Assembly (NCBI GenBank): GCA_030141605.1
Contig: JAQGDQ010000085.1
Span: 124,001 to 188,000 of the forward strand
Origin: Tubiluchus corallicola
Taxonomy: Eukaryota; Animalia; Priapulida
Direction: 5' to 3'
Length of the DNA stretch: 64,000 bases
The translations under genes and the position numbers were made by a program. Below the pieces are notes generated by a model. It worked only from the letters and a program-made list of their open reading frames with translations. It had not been told where the DNA came from and made no database searches. Each line of letters begins with the position of its first letter. The stretch's first letter is position 1. Below, one piece after another: positions 1 through 14,429 of the stretch.

Positions 1-3000
1 GGGTGGTCGAAATATAATGATTAAAATTCTTAAATCATTTCTATAGGAATTCGTTGTATTTGTGTTAACTTAAGAGGTGTTAGTATGTCTGTCTGCTCTC
101 ACCCAAATTGTAAGATGACTGAGAATTTTTATCTGCTATTTTCTCAGCAGCCAAAAAGGTTGGTTTTGGTTGCAGCAGTGCGAGAGAAACCTTATGTAAT
201 GTATGAAACACAAAAGTTGTTGTTGTTGTTATTATTGTTGCGATTGTTGTCTTTGCTGTAGTAGTGGTGGAAGGGTTGCCGTTATGGTACTATTGTGCTG
301 CAATGGTTGTTATGCACATCATCATCATCATCACCGTCGTCGTCAAAGTTGCTGTTGTCGACGACAATGTGGAAAGGACATATTACTGTCACACATCAGC
401 AAGCTATTGATGTAGGACTTGTGATATCAGCCATAAATAAAAATAAAAATTAGTTTATAAGAGTTTAAAGGTATTGCTTAAAAGTAGAAGTTTCTTGTGT
501 TTGATTAATGAGTTAAGAAACTCATATTTTTTAATGTAACAATATCACTACCATAAATGCACACAGAAAAAAAAGTTAAAGATTCCTTTGTTAGCCATGG
601 GAAAGAACGTCAACAGGCCTGAAAAACATTCGATGAATGCAGCGTATATTTTTACTGTTACTGTAAATAGGATGTTCAGTGATTTGTTCACACGTTCCTA
701 GTTCACGATCCTTAGTGTGAACCAGGTCAAATTTAAACTTCTTTAAGCAAGTCAAAATGAGCATGCATTGAATATTTTTTGTGAAAGCTTTTGTCGGTCC
801 GTTTTTTTTTTTATTTTTTTTATTAATGATTCCAAACTTCAGTTTACATTTACTGTGCCAAAAAATTTTTGACACTTCGTCAGTAAACAGTCATAGAATG
901 AAGAAGAACAAGAACAAATAGATGAGCAAGAGAGGACGAAATACTGTATTATTACCATAGTGGAATATTACCAAATAAAAACTAGTTTACGCAAGTAGTA
1001 CGTGTTATTGTCTTAGACTGATTAGATTAGTTCTAATCCTCTGAACGTTTTCTTAGAAATCTCGTGCAATGGACTGTCCAGCCCACAGTGTGCGGTCACT
1101 CATTCAGTATGACCACCCAGCAGCCTTCGTGGGGAAGAATAATTTTCTCAGTTCAGTATAGACCTTTTCTGAGATGCTCGTATATGTGGGTCCCATAGAA
1201 TGTAGTCACGCAGAAATTAATATTTTCTTACCAATACACTACTGGAATAGCTACCGTGCCAAGGTATAGGTGACATCGTTTTATTCTTCCGGGGTGGTTG
1301 AAAGGGTTTTTCGGCTCCGTGCTGCTTACTATGGGTTGGCACATAAGATAAGTAAAATATTGACCCTTCTGTTCCAACAACATTTTCCGACGGCGATGAT
1401 TCACATGCCTTGCATTGCAGAGATTTACCCAAGCTGGGATAGTTTGCTTACTGATTTTAAGAAAACACTATGATTGCTAGAAAGAATAACTTCGCAAGAA
1501 GTTGTTCTGCAAAAACAGGAATGACTACGTGAGTGGCATAGGAGTGTGGTCAATAGAGAAGGAAACCAACTGCCTGATTCGCATTTTTCACAAATAGATA
1601 ATGAACCTTTACCAATTTATTCCCGCGACTAACTTCTTGATGAGTCGGAAGGCTTTTCTTCAAGAATTTTCAATTTCCACTCAATGAAGATTCAGTGCAC
1701 ATTATTTTGAAGAAAACTGAGAAAATGGTGTTATTATTTAACATGTAAACATAAACATAACAAAGACATAAACAATACAACGCAATTTTGATTGTTATTT
1801 TTTGCTTACTGTTTTACGTCAGCCCAAATGTTTTGTGTTGTTTCATCTCTTTTGAGTAACACAGCACAAAGAGTTTCATTCTTCTATATCTATTTACTTG
1901 AAAGCACCACAAACAGTTTCCTCAAGTTCTGCTTTATATTATCCCAGTTCATTTGTTGGAAGTAATACTTTTACTGTGTCATTTATGATTTTTCTACAGC
2001 ACATGCTTTTAACTATAATTGTGCTAAATAATATTAAAAATCCGAAATTTGTTTTTAGTTCTACAAGAAGACAGGACTCAGCAGTATATTACAGTATATA
2101 GTGTTTTTTTCAATTTCTTTATTGTGTTTATGTGACTGTATGTTATCCTAATGTACGCCAATGATATTTGTGTCGTGTTCTTTTGTCCTGGCTTGCAAAA
2201 ATATGAATAATGAAAACGTAAGTGAACAAAAGCTGTAAAATATAGGTAATTTTTCGCATTGTATACACCGTATATTTCAAAATAGTTCGTATTTATCAAA
2301 CAAAAGAAACTAAGCTTTAATCATTTTAGCCTTTTTCGATGGCTTGCTATCACTGTGTTAAATTAACTCTGTGTAAATATTCAACTTTTCGCGAAAATAT
2401 GGCCAATTCTAGTAAGAGTTTTGAAATGTTTATAACAGATACTCAATGCACAACCAGTGTAACTTTTGTATGACTCTATTTTCGTAAATAATGTTGTATT
2501 TGATTTGTTTTATAGGCGCTGGTGAAGTCTTTAACAGACGAAACACGTGCAGGATTCTGTTAAATGAGACTGCACCAATTGCTGCATTTTTCTAAAGTAT
2601 TAATTGGTTTTTTTAATACGTGTAGGCATGTATTATAACTGTGTGACTACACACTGTATGGCTTTCTTTATAAACGTTATTAGACTTTATACATTCAATA
2701 TTTTTTATGTCTTTTTTTGTTTTCAACAATTTGTTTTGAAATAGGGCCAAAACTAAAACACGTAATTTGGTAAACAGGCACTGCTTTAGCTGGGCAGAAT
2801 TTTAATTGTTAACATGGGAATTTTAACGGGACGCCACACCATGCTTTTACCGTCGAGAATGAATGGAGAAATAAAACCTTCGAGGTCGATGGATCACATC
2901 CGCTTTACCCGCCCACCGTAAACGAAGCCGACCCCGCTGTGATTAATTGACACTTTGAGCAGGTATCAGTGTCTAATGAAATGCAGGGGCAATGCGATGG

Positions 3001-3389
3001 ATTAAAGTGTATGGTCTCAGACACAAATAGGTAGGCTACACGCATTCAATTGCCCAGTTTCAAACTGGAAAATTGATTTCATGGTAGTATCATTACTGAA
3101 AAGTTAAAAATGTTTAAACTGAACAATTTTACCAAAATCATCTTTTATTTCAGGCAAATTATACAAATTTGAACACAGGTGGAATCGCTTTTACATTTTT
3201 CGAATAAAATACACCAGGAGCATTCATGGCTTTACAGCGTAGCTTCTACGCGGAGCTTAATACTTCGTGTTAACTTTATTCATGTTTAACTCCGTGGATT
3301 CTACTAATTGTTCATAATGCGTTTAAGTGAAAGATAAATGCATTAAATATAAACAAAACGACAAGCGTTAAATACATAGCAACGACAAG

Positions 3390-3734
3390 CTATACGCATG
3401 CGCATACACGCAGCAACAAAATGCTAACATATGTAGTGAAACATGTATGTAGTACTGAAAAGTAATACGCGCACATATGCACTAACATTTTTACAGGAAC
3501 TTAAGTGCTAAACAGTGAAACATGTACATGCACATTAATCACTAAAACATGCACATATGCACATATGCACATACGCACTAAACAGTAATACAGGGAGGTA
3601 AGCACTAAATTGTGAAACATACACATGCCCACTAATCAGTAAAACATGCACATACGTCTACGCGCTTATATTAAAAAAACATGCATATACATACTAAACA
3701 GTAAAACACGCACATATGCACTAAGCAGTAAAGA

Positions 3735-3779
<45 letters not shown>

Positions 3780-3995
3780 GCATATATGCACTAAATAGTG
3801 AAACACAAAGACATACATAAAAACATGCACATATGCGCCAAGCTAGTAAAACATACACGATTGCACATACGCACTAAAAGCAAAACATGCACATAAGTGG
3901 TAAATGCTAAAGCAGGAAAGTATGCACTAATCCACAGGAAGATACACACACACACACACACATATGTACTAAACAATAAAATACACACACATGTA
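3390..3995. repeat. Degenerate ~27-bp minisatellite with embedded (TA)n and (CA)n
   Basis: Recurrent CATATGCACTAAACAGTAAAACATGCA. Confidence 0.8.
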
Positions 3996-4287
3996 CCAAG
4001 CAGTGACATTCAACTTGAAAAGAAACTCCTGACAGCTGATCAAAATGGTCTGAAATTAAAAACAGTTTTTTCATCTAATTAATGAGAGACAGGAAGATAT
4101 AAGTTCACACGTAACACGTGTCTCACATGTAATAATTAATTATTGAGGAACCAAATTTTTTATTCACTGTATAAACAAACACACAAACAAACAAGCACAT
4201 AAACGTTTAAACAAGCGAAAAAACATACGACACACCCGCAGTTCAGACTGTAGGTAATCGTTTCAACTGGAAAAATACCCGACTTAC

Positions 4288-4315
4288 TTTACTGGCAACC
4301 TCTGAACCCATAAAA
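4288..4315 (-). other. Candidate 28-nt micro-exon (possible start MGSEVASK)
   Basis: TTTTCTTTTTTTTAG acceptor and AA|GTAAGT donor 28 nt apart. Confidence 0.4.
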
Positions 4316-6979
4316 CTAAAAAAGAAAAGTTGTCCCGTGTATCTGTAACATAAGCACGTTTAAGCATCATATTGACCACATTAATGGAATTAATGGATAT
4401 GCCACCGAATTAAATTCTGTTCAGTCTGTTTAGCTTCCGTTGCCTGGAAGGCAGAACGGGAAAGTGTCTGCTGCCGCCATGGGAGTTCTTGCAACTTTCT
4501 CAGGTGTGCACAGGTAAGCATAATAGCCGTGCATTAATTATACCCGGAGCCAACACCTGGACAACTGAGTCAGCATCCAAGTATGCCTGCCTGCTGTGTT
4601 TCATAACTTAACGAAAATAGTTATACCTACCGCTGAAATTCTATCCCACGGAACAGTCAGGTTCTTCACGCCCAGCGTAACGGGGCGCAAGTTCCGACAA
4701 TCATATACCGGGCAAGGTGAACGATCCAGGTTAAAATAATTTCACTAATTAAAACCAGCAAAATAATTTATGGAATAAATTTAAGTCCTCGAAAAATTAT
4801 TAAATATGAAGAAGAAGATGATGATGATGATGATGATGATAATGATGATGATGATTGTCCCGTATAAGTAACTGTGTGACGTATTAATTAATTAAGTGTT
4901 CGTTGTTGTTTTGAATAAAAATTTGAGATTTTAAGATAGAGTCAGCGATCTTGGTCACATCCTGAAATTAGATGTCAAAACTTGCTTGCCAAAATGTTCA
5001 GGAATGTTCGTCTTATATATTTCACACTTCATCTAATAAAACTGAGTCAAGTTATCAGTTAGAAACAAGATGAACATAGTTGCATTACTATGTTTTACTA
5101 TGGAGTACAGGTTTTTATCGCCATCTGGTGTATCCAAGTTTTGTCGCTATCTTTTTCTTTAGAAAAAAAGAAAGCGGGAGGAGAGGGTAAGATTAGAGAG
5201 GAAGAAAGAGAGAGAGAGAGAGAGATTTTGTGCAGATTTATAATAGTACACTGCAGGTTCATAGCTTTATACACTTATAGTTTAGCTTATGTCTGACACA
5301 TTTGCCTAGAAAAGAATGTGTTTTTATCGTTAATATTTGGATTATGATAGTCAGGTTTTAAAAAGGCAAAATAAAGAATATAACTACTATTACAATTACT
5401 TGTACCATTGTAAATGTAATGAACTGTCCAGTTGGTCTGTGTAGGAAACGTCTTGGGGACAAGATGCAGTTAGCGTTGTCTAGAGACGACTGGACAAAGA
5501 GGAAACCTACCCTCGAGCAGATAAAGAAACTTAAGCTAGCTTTTAGAAGTTTCTGTTAAAGTATGAACACATAACTAAAAAAAAATAATTCCTATAACAT
5601 GCTTACTCATTTTTTATGTTTCCTTAGGCAAATGATGCTGTTAACAGGCAGCAGTTTTCTTACATCTAAGAATATCTAAGGCAAATATAATTATAAGATG
5701 AAGCAGTACTTCGAACAAACTGTTGCCATTTAGAAACCAATGAAGAAATCTCGAGATCTTTTACCATTCTTTTTTATTGCCCAATGGTAGTCATAGTAGA
5801 GTGCAGACAAATCGTTGCTTTATAAAGACTCAGAATTTAGTAACTTTAAGAGGTAATTTAGTATACATGATCTAGCGATTCCCCAAGCAAGGATTATTTA
5901 ACAATAAAATTGAATTAAAGTCCAAAATGTTTTTAAAGCAAAGTGTTGAGTTGAGATTTTTCTGGAGAGGTAGTTTTCACTGGCCAGGTTTAATTTGGAA
6001 AGTATTAATTTGATTTATAACGTAGTTAATCATTATGACAATGATTATAATGCAAAACAGCAATGACAGGTACGCACTGACAAGTTAACTGAGGTAACAG
6101 CCTCGATTATGTAAATGCTTTTTAAAGGTGAAGCTCGAGCAAGAGATCCGCGAAACATTCTGAAATTAAACAGCGTTGATGCTGTAAGTTTTAATTCACT
6201 AATATGTGCGCAAGGCACGTTCAGCAAAGTATTGTAATCCGCGGAAGTGGGTAAATGAGTAAATCTTAATCCCGTGACATGCCACTGTTGCTGCCATCTT
6301 CGTGCAGGTGCCTAAATGACGAGGCGCCCTCTAATGGACGATTTCTCAAGTAATTATAAAGTGAATAAACTAAAGTTTAAGTTTTTATTACAGTTGTGCC
6401 ATCGTCATTGCTACTGCTAATTTTTACTGAACTGATTACTTTTCTAATACCAGTAACTAATTACATTATTTTTTTTAGTAATTCTGAACCAGTAAATCCG
6501 TGTATTATTAGTCAGTTAAATTATAATATTAATGTCAAGATTATTGTTAATGATGTTACAAAATCACAATTAATTAACTTTTGATACTAAATTCGAAAGA
6601 CAGGAAACGTGGGTTGGGATGTTGCCTTCAGGGAAAACTTGGGAAAATTTCAATTCATTGACAAAAATAAAGGCAGATTAAAAATGAGTGCTTACAGTCG
6701 AGTGCCGGCATTGGCATTGGAATTGGTGGCGGCATGTTATAGAAATCGAATGATAATGTTTACAAAGAAACTTTACTATTTCTTTAAAAATTATTTTATT
6801 AAAACGTTCATCGTGTTGCCAAATAGTAAAACCTAAAATAATTAAACAGCCCCAGTGATTTACGGTAAAGAATTGTTTGATCTTTCACTTTATTTAATCC
6901 TGTAGAATTTAGCATTTTGTCCTTGCGTATGAAATTAATCATAAACCGCTGTAGGTATAATTCTAACTTTTGTGTTTAA

Positions 6980-7526
6980 AGGAAAACCGGACCCAGTCTT
7001 AAACTGCAGGTCAAAACAATTTACTCTTTAACATATTGAAGGGGAACATACTATTTTTTCAAGAATAACTTACGTGAAAGAGTTGTTACCACAAAAAACG
7101 CAATTTCACGTTCGCGCCACTAGTTCTTCGCTGTTACATGCATTTCGCCATTCATTAGTTAGACGGGCACTGGCGCCTGCATTTCGGAAATGCCTTGCAC
7201 AAAAAATAGGTGCTCAACTTTCAGTTCACAGGTGCTCCTTTGTGACGTACTACATATCTTCGACAGGTTTTGTCTTAAAACTTGGCTTGCTGAGTTCTGG
7301 CGCAACACACGTGCAGCACGCCCACAGAATGTTTGTGCTGTTGAAAATTATGTTCGTTTGTGATATCATCTCTACTCTAGTTGGGCTCTCCGTCCGGCAG
7401 TTAATTCAATTTTCAATCTATTATTTAATTATCAGAAATGCTTTTTCAGTATTATTGGTGTTAAAATGTATACTTTTTACCGTACCTGACAATGTGGTAG
7501 AATACTAAAAATCATCCTGTCTTCCT
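6980..7526 (+). mobile_element. Non-autonomous Kolobok-like DNA transposon, copy 1
   Basis: TTAA on both sides; ends AGGAAAACCGGA / TCCTGTCTTCCT (imperfect TIR); homologous to 9850-10458 and 14430-15007. Confidence 0.8.
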
Positions 7527-8335
7527 TTAATTGTTTTAGGTCCTACGAAACCGGTCGGCAACATGATGAATGTTTAATAAATTTTACACCATTTGCAGAA
7601 CGCGAACAGTGCATTAATAATTTCACTACATTTCTCATTCGTTGATGAATTTCGTGGTCAGTATAATACCCGTGCGACGCGTGCGTGAATGCGTGCATTG
7701 TGCAAAACACCCTGACAACACTGTAATTATTTTCTAATCTATTGCTTCTAAATGGACAGGAAAACGTAGCCCCCGACAAGTTTTTACAGAATAGGACAAT
7801 TTAACAACGAATGGTAAGGCACGAGCTCACAAAGACCTAGACACCGTGGTTGCACAACTGTAAAATAGAGTTTGACAAGCTAAGAGATTATAAACTTCCG
7901 GTGTGGCGGTCATCAAAGATACGCCAAGTCAACTCAAGAAACAGCGAATATTCAAAAAATTTAGATATTGATGGAGCGCATCTAAATCTGCGATAATTTG
8001 AATCTCTTAGGAATGGTATAGCATTGCAGAAACAGCTGCCAGTAGGATTATTGATTGATTGGTTATAATTTTAATTCAGAAAAAAAAGTCAATCTATATG
8101 GTGATCGTGGTCATTTGACTTTTCACTTAATCGGTTTACTTTTGCTTAAAACGAATTAAAAAGCCTCTTTAAGGCCTATAAGAGTTGGCAATCGCCATTC
8201 GAAAGGCGATGGCGAACTTTGGGAGGGTGGTTCAAGGTCAAAGGTCCGTTATAACTCAATAATTATGTGGACTGAGAAACTACGAAATTAGACACTCAGT
8301 AGCTACTAGAAATAGTATGAACGATTGGCTCATTA

Positions 8336-8546
8336 ACTGATTGATTGACTGATTTGATTTGATTTGATTTGATTTAAAGACTGACTGACTGACTGACTGA
8401 CTGACTGACTGAATGAATGACTGACTGACTGAATGACCGACCGACCGACCGACCGACTGACCGACCGACCGACTGACCGGCCGACCGACAGACAGATTGA
8501 CTGACTGATTGATTGACTAAGTGACTGACCGACAGACTGACTGACA
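8336..8546. repeat. Compound microsatellite (GATTT)n/(GACT)n/(GACC)n
   Basis: Direct reading. Confidence 0.95.
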
Positions 8547-9849
8547 GCAATAATTGGGAAAAAACGAATATATTGTTAATCTGGACACAATTAAAAACTC
8601 TTTTTCCCTTTTCGGTAGAAATGAAGAAATAATTCAGCTGCTTTTAGATAAAAAAATTCTTTATTAATTATGAGTTAAACTCAAACTTCGTAAATACACT
8701 GAATGACTTTTTAAACGCTATGCTTCACGCAATACTTCGAACCAGAACAACGCCGAATCTTGTTCACAGCCGATAAGAAAGTTGCATGAAACATGGGGTA
8801 GAATGATTTACAACTTATTAAAAAAAATTAGCCGGCGCGTCCTTTGACCTCCACTTGTCAAGCGCCATCTATCGATTGGCTAAATAGGTTCTCAAGGCTG
8901 ACAATGCTAATATTTTATAGTCTGTAAGTAACACGAATGCAAGTGCTACAACATAAAGGAAAACACAAAAACTGATGACTACAATAGCTACTGCGTTTTT
9001 GTATACCCAAATCCGGCTTGTGGGTCCAAAACTTATAAAGTTATAATACCTCAAGTGAAATGGCTGCTTGTTGCGCGGGCGATTTGTATTTTTGTAAACA
9101 CTATAATCACCTCGTACTTAAACATCGACCAGTGTAGCTGCACACTCAAGCACTTTAGCTGTAAACAGCGGCTTTTGAATAAAAGTAATTGTTCTGGAGG
9201 CATGCCTATTTCCTAATTGCACTTGCAAAGTATGCTGCCCTATTAGTAACAAGTCCATCAATAGAAATGCTTTCATTTGAGCCGATGCTTTTAACTTTCA
9301 ATCGCTTAACCGTTTGTTGTAACTTGTTACTTGAGTTACTGAAAGCGGATTTGTATTTTCTGAAGCAATTCAAGAAAGTTTAAAATAACTGTGCGGTGGG
9401 TACATATAAGTTAAGCTTGGTATTATTCAATACAAATGCCTATTGATCGGTGCAGAAATTTGCAAAATCAAAACCAGTTAGACCTGGAAAAAAAGAAATA
9501 ATGGCACCTTAAGGCAATCGTTAAATGCTTATTATGGATCCAATCACGTGCTTCCTACTTGATTGGAATGTGTCAATGTTATGCTACAGATTTTGCTACG
9601 TAAATTTCGTGTATGAGTGTGAATTGAATTGGAAACCCTTAATACACATCTTCCAGTCATTCAAGAAGCACTATGTTGTGCAGGGGTATTAACCACAATA
9701 TTGGTCCAGAAATTTGTTAACTCCTCTCCTGCTCTTACCTCTGCTCTTACCTATTCTTCACTGGTTGAAATAAAAACTTTAAACGCAGAACAATTGCGTA
9801 ACTACTGGTATACACTCTAACAAAAATCACAAAAAACTGCAAAACTTAA

Positions 9850-10458
9850 AGGGAAACAGAATGTTTTTTCATATCCTACCCCATTTTAAAGTATGGTAAA
9901 AGTATACATTTCTGCACTAATAATACTGCAAAAACATTTCTGATCATCAAATAATAGATTAAAAAGTTAATTAACGTTTGGCGAGCCAAACTATTGATTT
10001 GCAGTAATGACGTAATAACAAACAAATGAAATAATTTACAATAGCAAAAACATTCCATGAGCGTGTTGCACGTGCTTGCGAAGGCGAAACTTGAAGCACA
10101 GCACTGCTGTAAGATATTCAGTGTGTTTTACTAAAACTAGGCAAGTTTTAAGATAAAAATTCAAATTTCAAATTTACAGCTGCGCTCTCGCATAAACTGT
10201 CGAACGTCTGCACTACTTTACAAACAAACACCTCTAAAATGAGAGGTACAACACCAGTTTTTGAGCAATTCGTTTCCGAAACACCTAACCAAAAAAATGC
10301 ATGTAACAGCAAAAAGCTAGCCGCGCGAACGAGAAATTATGTTTCTGTAGTAATAATTCTTTTACGCATATCATTGTTGAAAAAAACAGTATTTCCATTC
10401 AATATTTTAAAGAGTAGATTGTTTTGATCTGCAGTTTAAGATTGAGTCCGGTTTTCCT
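9850..10458 (-). mobile_element. Kolobok-like element, copy 2 (inverted)
   Basis: Reverse complement of copies 1 and 3; flanks TTAA / TCAA. Confidence 0.8.
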
Positions 10459-10694
10459 TCAAAGAAATTTAAAGAAATGTTGTGCAAGGTTGTCCCATGA
10501 CTTTTGCCCATAAAGCACTGATTACCTCGATTACTTAACAGGAATTAGAGAAACTAGTATTCACACATAGCTTACATTAATCTTTTCATACCGTACTTTG
10601 GCGTACACTATTTTAGCTCATTAATTAATTACATTGTGATTGCCAGAATTTAATAAACCATTGCGGTTTATTTTACCAATTGTTTTGGAGAAAA

Positions 10695-10800
10695 GAGGCG
10701 CTGAAAAATTGTGGACTAGTCGGGATTTGAAGCCGAGACCTGGGATTCCCAAGCTCTACACCTGAACTACCAGCCAAGATGACAGATCAAGCCTGAGATC
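10695..10800 (-). mobile_element. Degenerate tRNA-containing dispersed repeat, copy 1
   Basis: A-box/B-box-like (TTCAAATCCC) followed by CACAATTTTTCAG; similar to 63200-63312, 47045-47145, 18405-18490. Confidence 0.6.
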
Positions 10801-11529
10801 TGGGAACGTATTTTTAACTCATTTAACAATTTTCCACGTCATGTAACTGACAATTTTCACACGCATTGTTATTTAGCCTTTACCAGGCATTTTAAATGAT
10901 TTTTTCATAACATTTGCTTAGATATTTGGATCTTTGATCGTTGTTACGTGTGCACAGTTTGCCTTAAGCCTCGTCAGTTACGTTTGCCGCAATCATCGTT
11001 GATCCTGTCCTATGTTTTCTATGTAAATCTATATTTATATACATCCATCTCATTCCACGTTGCGCATGCGCATCCATTCGAAAATTCCACAAAGCCTATT
11101 GCCAGTTAGCACCCGTCAAAAACACATCTTAGTATATTTGCCTATTGCTCTAAGAACACAGCAGTTAGTAAAAACCCATCGACCAAACAACTGCATTTTA
11201 TATGGTATTTGTGGTGATCCGGGTTTAGTTAGATATAAGGCCTACGTCGATGTGTCATTGAAAAAATGTTATAATATCTTTTTACTATTTGATGTGGTTC
11301 AAGTAAAAAATAAAAGTCTAAGTTTATGTCACTGCCTAATGAATTACGATTTTTGTCTTGGTCGTATTGTTCACATACAATTTGTGACTACTAGAGGTAA
11401 CAACCTCTCCGACACCTAACGTTTTTTTAAGAACGCCTACGCAATGTTTTGTACCACTTCTCCATGTGGTTAATAAAATTCCCATCTTATTACATAATCA
11501 TGCACCAAATATCCAGCCATGGGCATCTA

Positions 11530-12130
11530 ATTTCATCTCATTTCATCGTACCTTATCGCACCTCACCTCAACTCGTATAATCTTGCCTAATCTTACTTCC
11601 CCTCGCCTCACTTCAGCTGATCTCACCTCACTTCACTTCACTTCACCTCACCTCACCGCATCTCACCTCACGTTACCTTAATTCATCTCGCCTCATCTCA
11701 CCTGATGTTATCTTTCTGCAATTCATACTATCTCATCTTACCTTATTGCATTACATCACATTCAGGACATGCCATCTAATGTTATCTTCTACACGACCCA
11801 GACGGTCTTTTCTCGTCTCGTCTCGTCTCGTCTCGTCTCATCTAGTCTCATTACATCACATCATATCAAATTGCATGGCATCCAATCACATGTCACCTAT
11901 CTGATTTGATATCACTTCGCATCAGTTCATCGAATATCAAATTGTATCGTTTTTTCACCCTCTTTTCATCTCATCATTCAATTCCTATCCCATTCTCATC
12001 TCATCCCATGCCTCGACACACTACCCTTGGCATCTCATATCATTTGTTCTTCTCTTATTTCATCCCATCACCCATTATCTTATGTCAATTTCAACTTATC
12101 GCTTCTCATCGAAGCGCAGATTTCATCTCG
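11530..12130. repeat. Degenerate pentanucleotide tract (CTCAC/TCTCA/TCTCG)n
   Basis: Direct reading. Confidence 0.85.
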
Positions 12131-14429
12131 CGAATTTCATATTTTTCTTTGCCAAAATTTTCATAAATTTCTTACGTGAGATATAATAACTTTAAACATT
12201 TATAAATTAATGAATGGTTCATTAATCTTTAACTGATAAGTGATCGGAAAATAATGAAATTAATCCACAAAGCCACAATTATTAAATTTTTAATAGAATT
12301 AGCCTCTACAACTGAAAAGTAATTTTTCGATTTGCCTGTAGGTGGCAGCACCGTGATGAATTTGCTCAGAGTGTTCTGAAACTGGATAGCATTGGTACCA
12401 GGGACTCACCGGACTAACATGAAAATAATGTACAAACTAGAGTTATCTCAGTAAATTGTAAAAAATCGAATTTGTGCTTTCATGTACAATGCATACGTAA
12501 TTTTATTTTATTTTTCCATTATCTGTTTATTTAACTGACTGTTTTTCATCTCATAATTTGTTTCTTTCTCTTTTGATGTCTACAGATTGTCTAAACGATT
12601 GGAAATTCACGTTATTGAGACAATCTTAACTGATTGCTTTTTTATTTGAAAACTCTAAAACTAAAAGATTTCGATGTACCTTAGAAATGTGGTGATAATG
12701 CTCAAAGCTAAAAGAAAGAAATAACTGTTTGCAAAAGAGACATATCAACGCACTAAGTGCCAGAATAATTAATTTAGTGGAGGCAAATTCGATGTATGCT
12801 TTAGCTTTTTTGAGTATGGTTGAGAGATAGACTAAAGTCACTAAACAACCAAATTAAAAAAAGAAATCAATACGACAAGAATATTTAAAAAAGATAACGT
12901 CTCTGCCTTTAATTGCTTTGTATTGTTTTAAAAATTATTAGTTTTACTTCATTATCTCTTTTCATGAGAATTTTTTTACTTCTATCGGTTTGGATATTTA
13001 TAGTACACTACTTTCGCCACCTACTTCACTACTTCTGAATGCATTTACAATTACAGTCATTTTTCCCTGTATGATAAGGGCGAGAAACAAGAGCAAGACG
13101 TGAAAAAATTAACTGATAAACAAGCAGATACAATGATGGACAAATTTTGATGGAATGTTTCGCGAGCTGGGACGTCATTAAATTCTGGAAATCGGATTTA
13201 ACGCTCTATCTCCTCTTAAATAAACTGTTAAAATGGATAAAAACGGATAAAAATCTATTTCCGATGAGTGGAAATCTAGTGTATTACCACTCGCTTAACC
13301 TAGGTAACGAATAGTTTATGGCCCAAAATTTGTCACTCAAAATAAGTGAGTGGTACTGACAAAGTCTAAAACATAAAATATGTGGTCCCAATTTTGATAA
13401 CTTTCCACAGTTTGCACTTGCACCTAAGTCACCCACAAGAAGATACTTAATGTGGTGCCCATGTACTTAGGCAAAAAAATATCAAGGTCGCAGGTCAATG
13501 CTCACTTAAAAAATTCAAAATTCAACAATTTAAAAATTGCTATGATTGTATATGGTATATAATAAGTCATTGTAAGTTTATTAATTCACATTAAATGAAA
13601 AGATAAACGTCTGTCTGCCATCTTTTGTACATGACTACATGCCGCAGCGTATACCCAAATGTGGTGTTTTTATTTTTTATTCATTTTCTATTTTTATTTA
13701 TTTTTATTTCTGACAAAAAGCACTGTACATACGACGATACGTAGCAAATAATAACGAATTGCCACACTAAAAAAACTAACTGTTTACAGTTAAAATGTTT
13801 CAGTGTGCGTTAAAACAAAATCTTGTAAACTCAACATTGATAGTGAAAAGGGGTTAGACAAGACAAGGCAAAATATAATACTAGGGTGTGAATAAAGAAG
13901 AGTACGGTTAGAGGTGCAAGTTAGGAGGATAAATAACAATATGAACACTATACACAAGAGACCTCATGAGGTGTACCATAAAAATTACCGTGACCCGGGA
14001 AGGTTTCAGCGGGCCAATGCAGGTCACCCCCTCAATAAGGCGACTACAATGACGTCCAAAATAACATCCGCTGCGCGGGTGAACTCATCTAGTAAAACTA
14101 AAATATGTCTTGATATAGTCACAACGCGTTCAGTGACATTTGGTTAGCGTATTTTCCCAGTAACTTGTGTATTTTCATCAGAACATCATTAGAAGCCAGT
14201 TAGTTTGTTTGTGGCTATTGATTTTCATGACTGTACCTACGACCTTTAAATTCTAACTGTTCTTTGACACTAGTGTTTACCATAATGATTGTTTTGTACG
14301 TCATGCTTCCTTGTCTAGGGATCTTGGCAATTTTGCTCGACAAACACCTGTGTTTATTGATTTCCAGGAATTTCTTGATGTCACGTTTCATTAAAAACGG
14401 TAAAATTTTAAATATCGTTCACATGTTAA

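Noticed and set aside
148-200. Exon-like QPKRLVLVAAVREKPYVM resembling the start of an iGluR S1 ligand-binding segment
   Set aside because: No further iGluR exons (GFCID, WNGM, pore) were found downstream on the plus strand; too short to support
203-415. Cys/His-rich 70-aa ORF (metallothionein-like look)
   Set aside because: Derived from degenerate (GTT)n/(CAT)n repeats
1040-1480. GC-richer stretch with short ORFs on both strands, perhaps a decayed transposon
   Set aside because: No motif could be recognised with confidence
7074-7508. 144-aa ORF
   Set aside because: Lies within a Kolobok-like MITE; frame not preserved in the other copies
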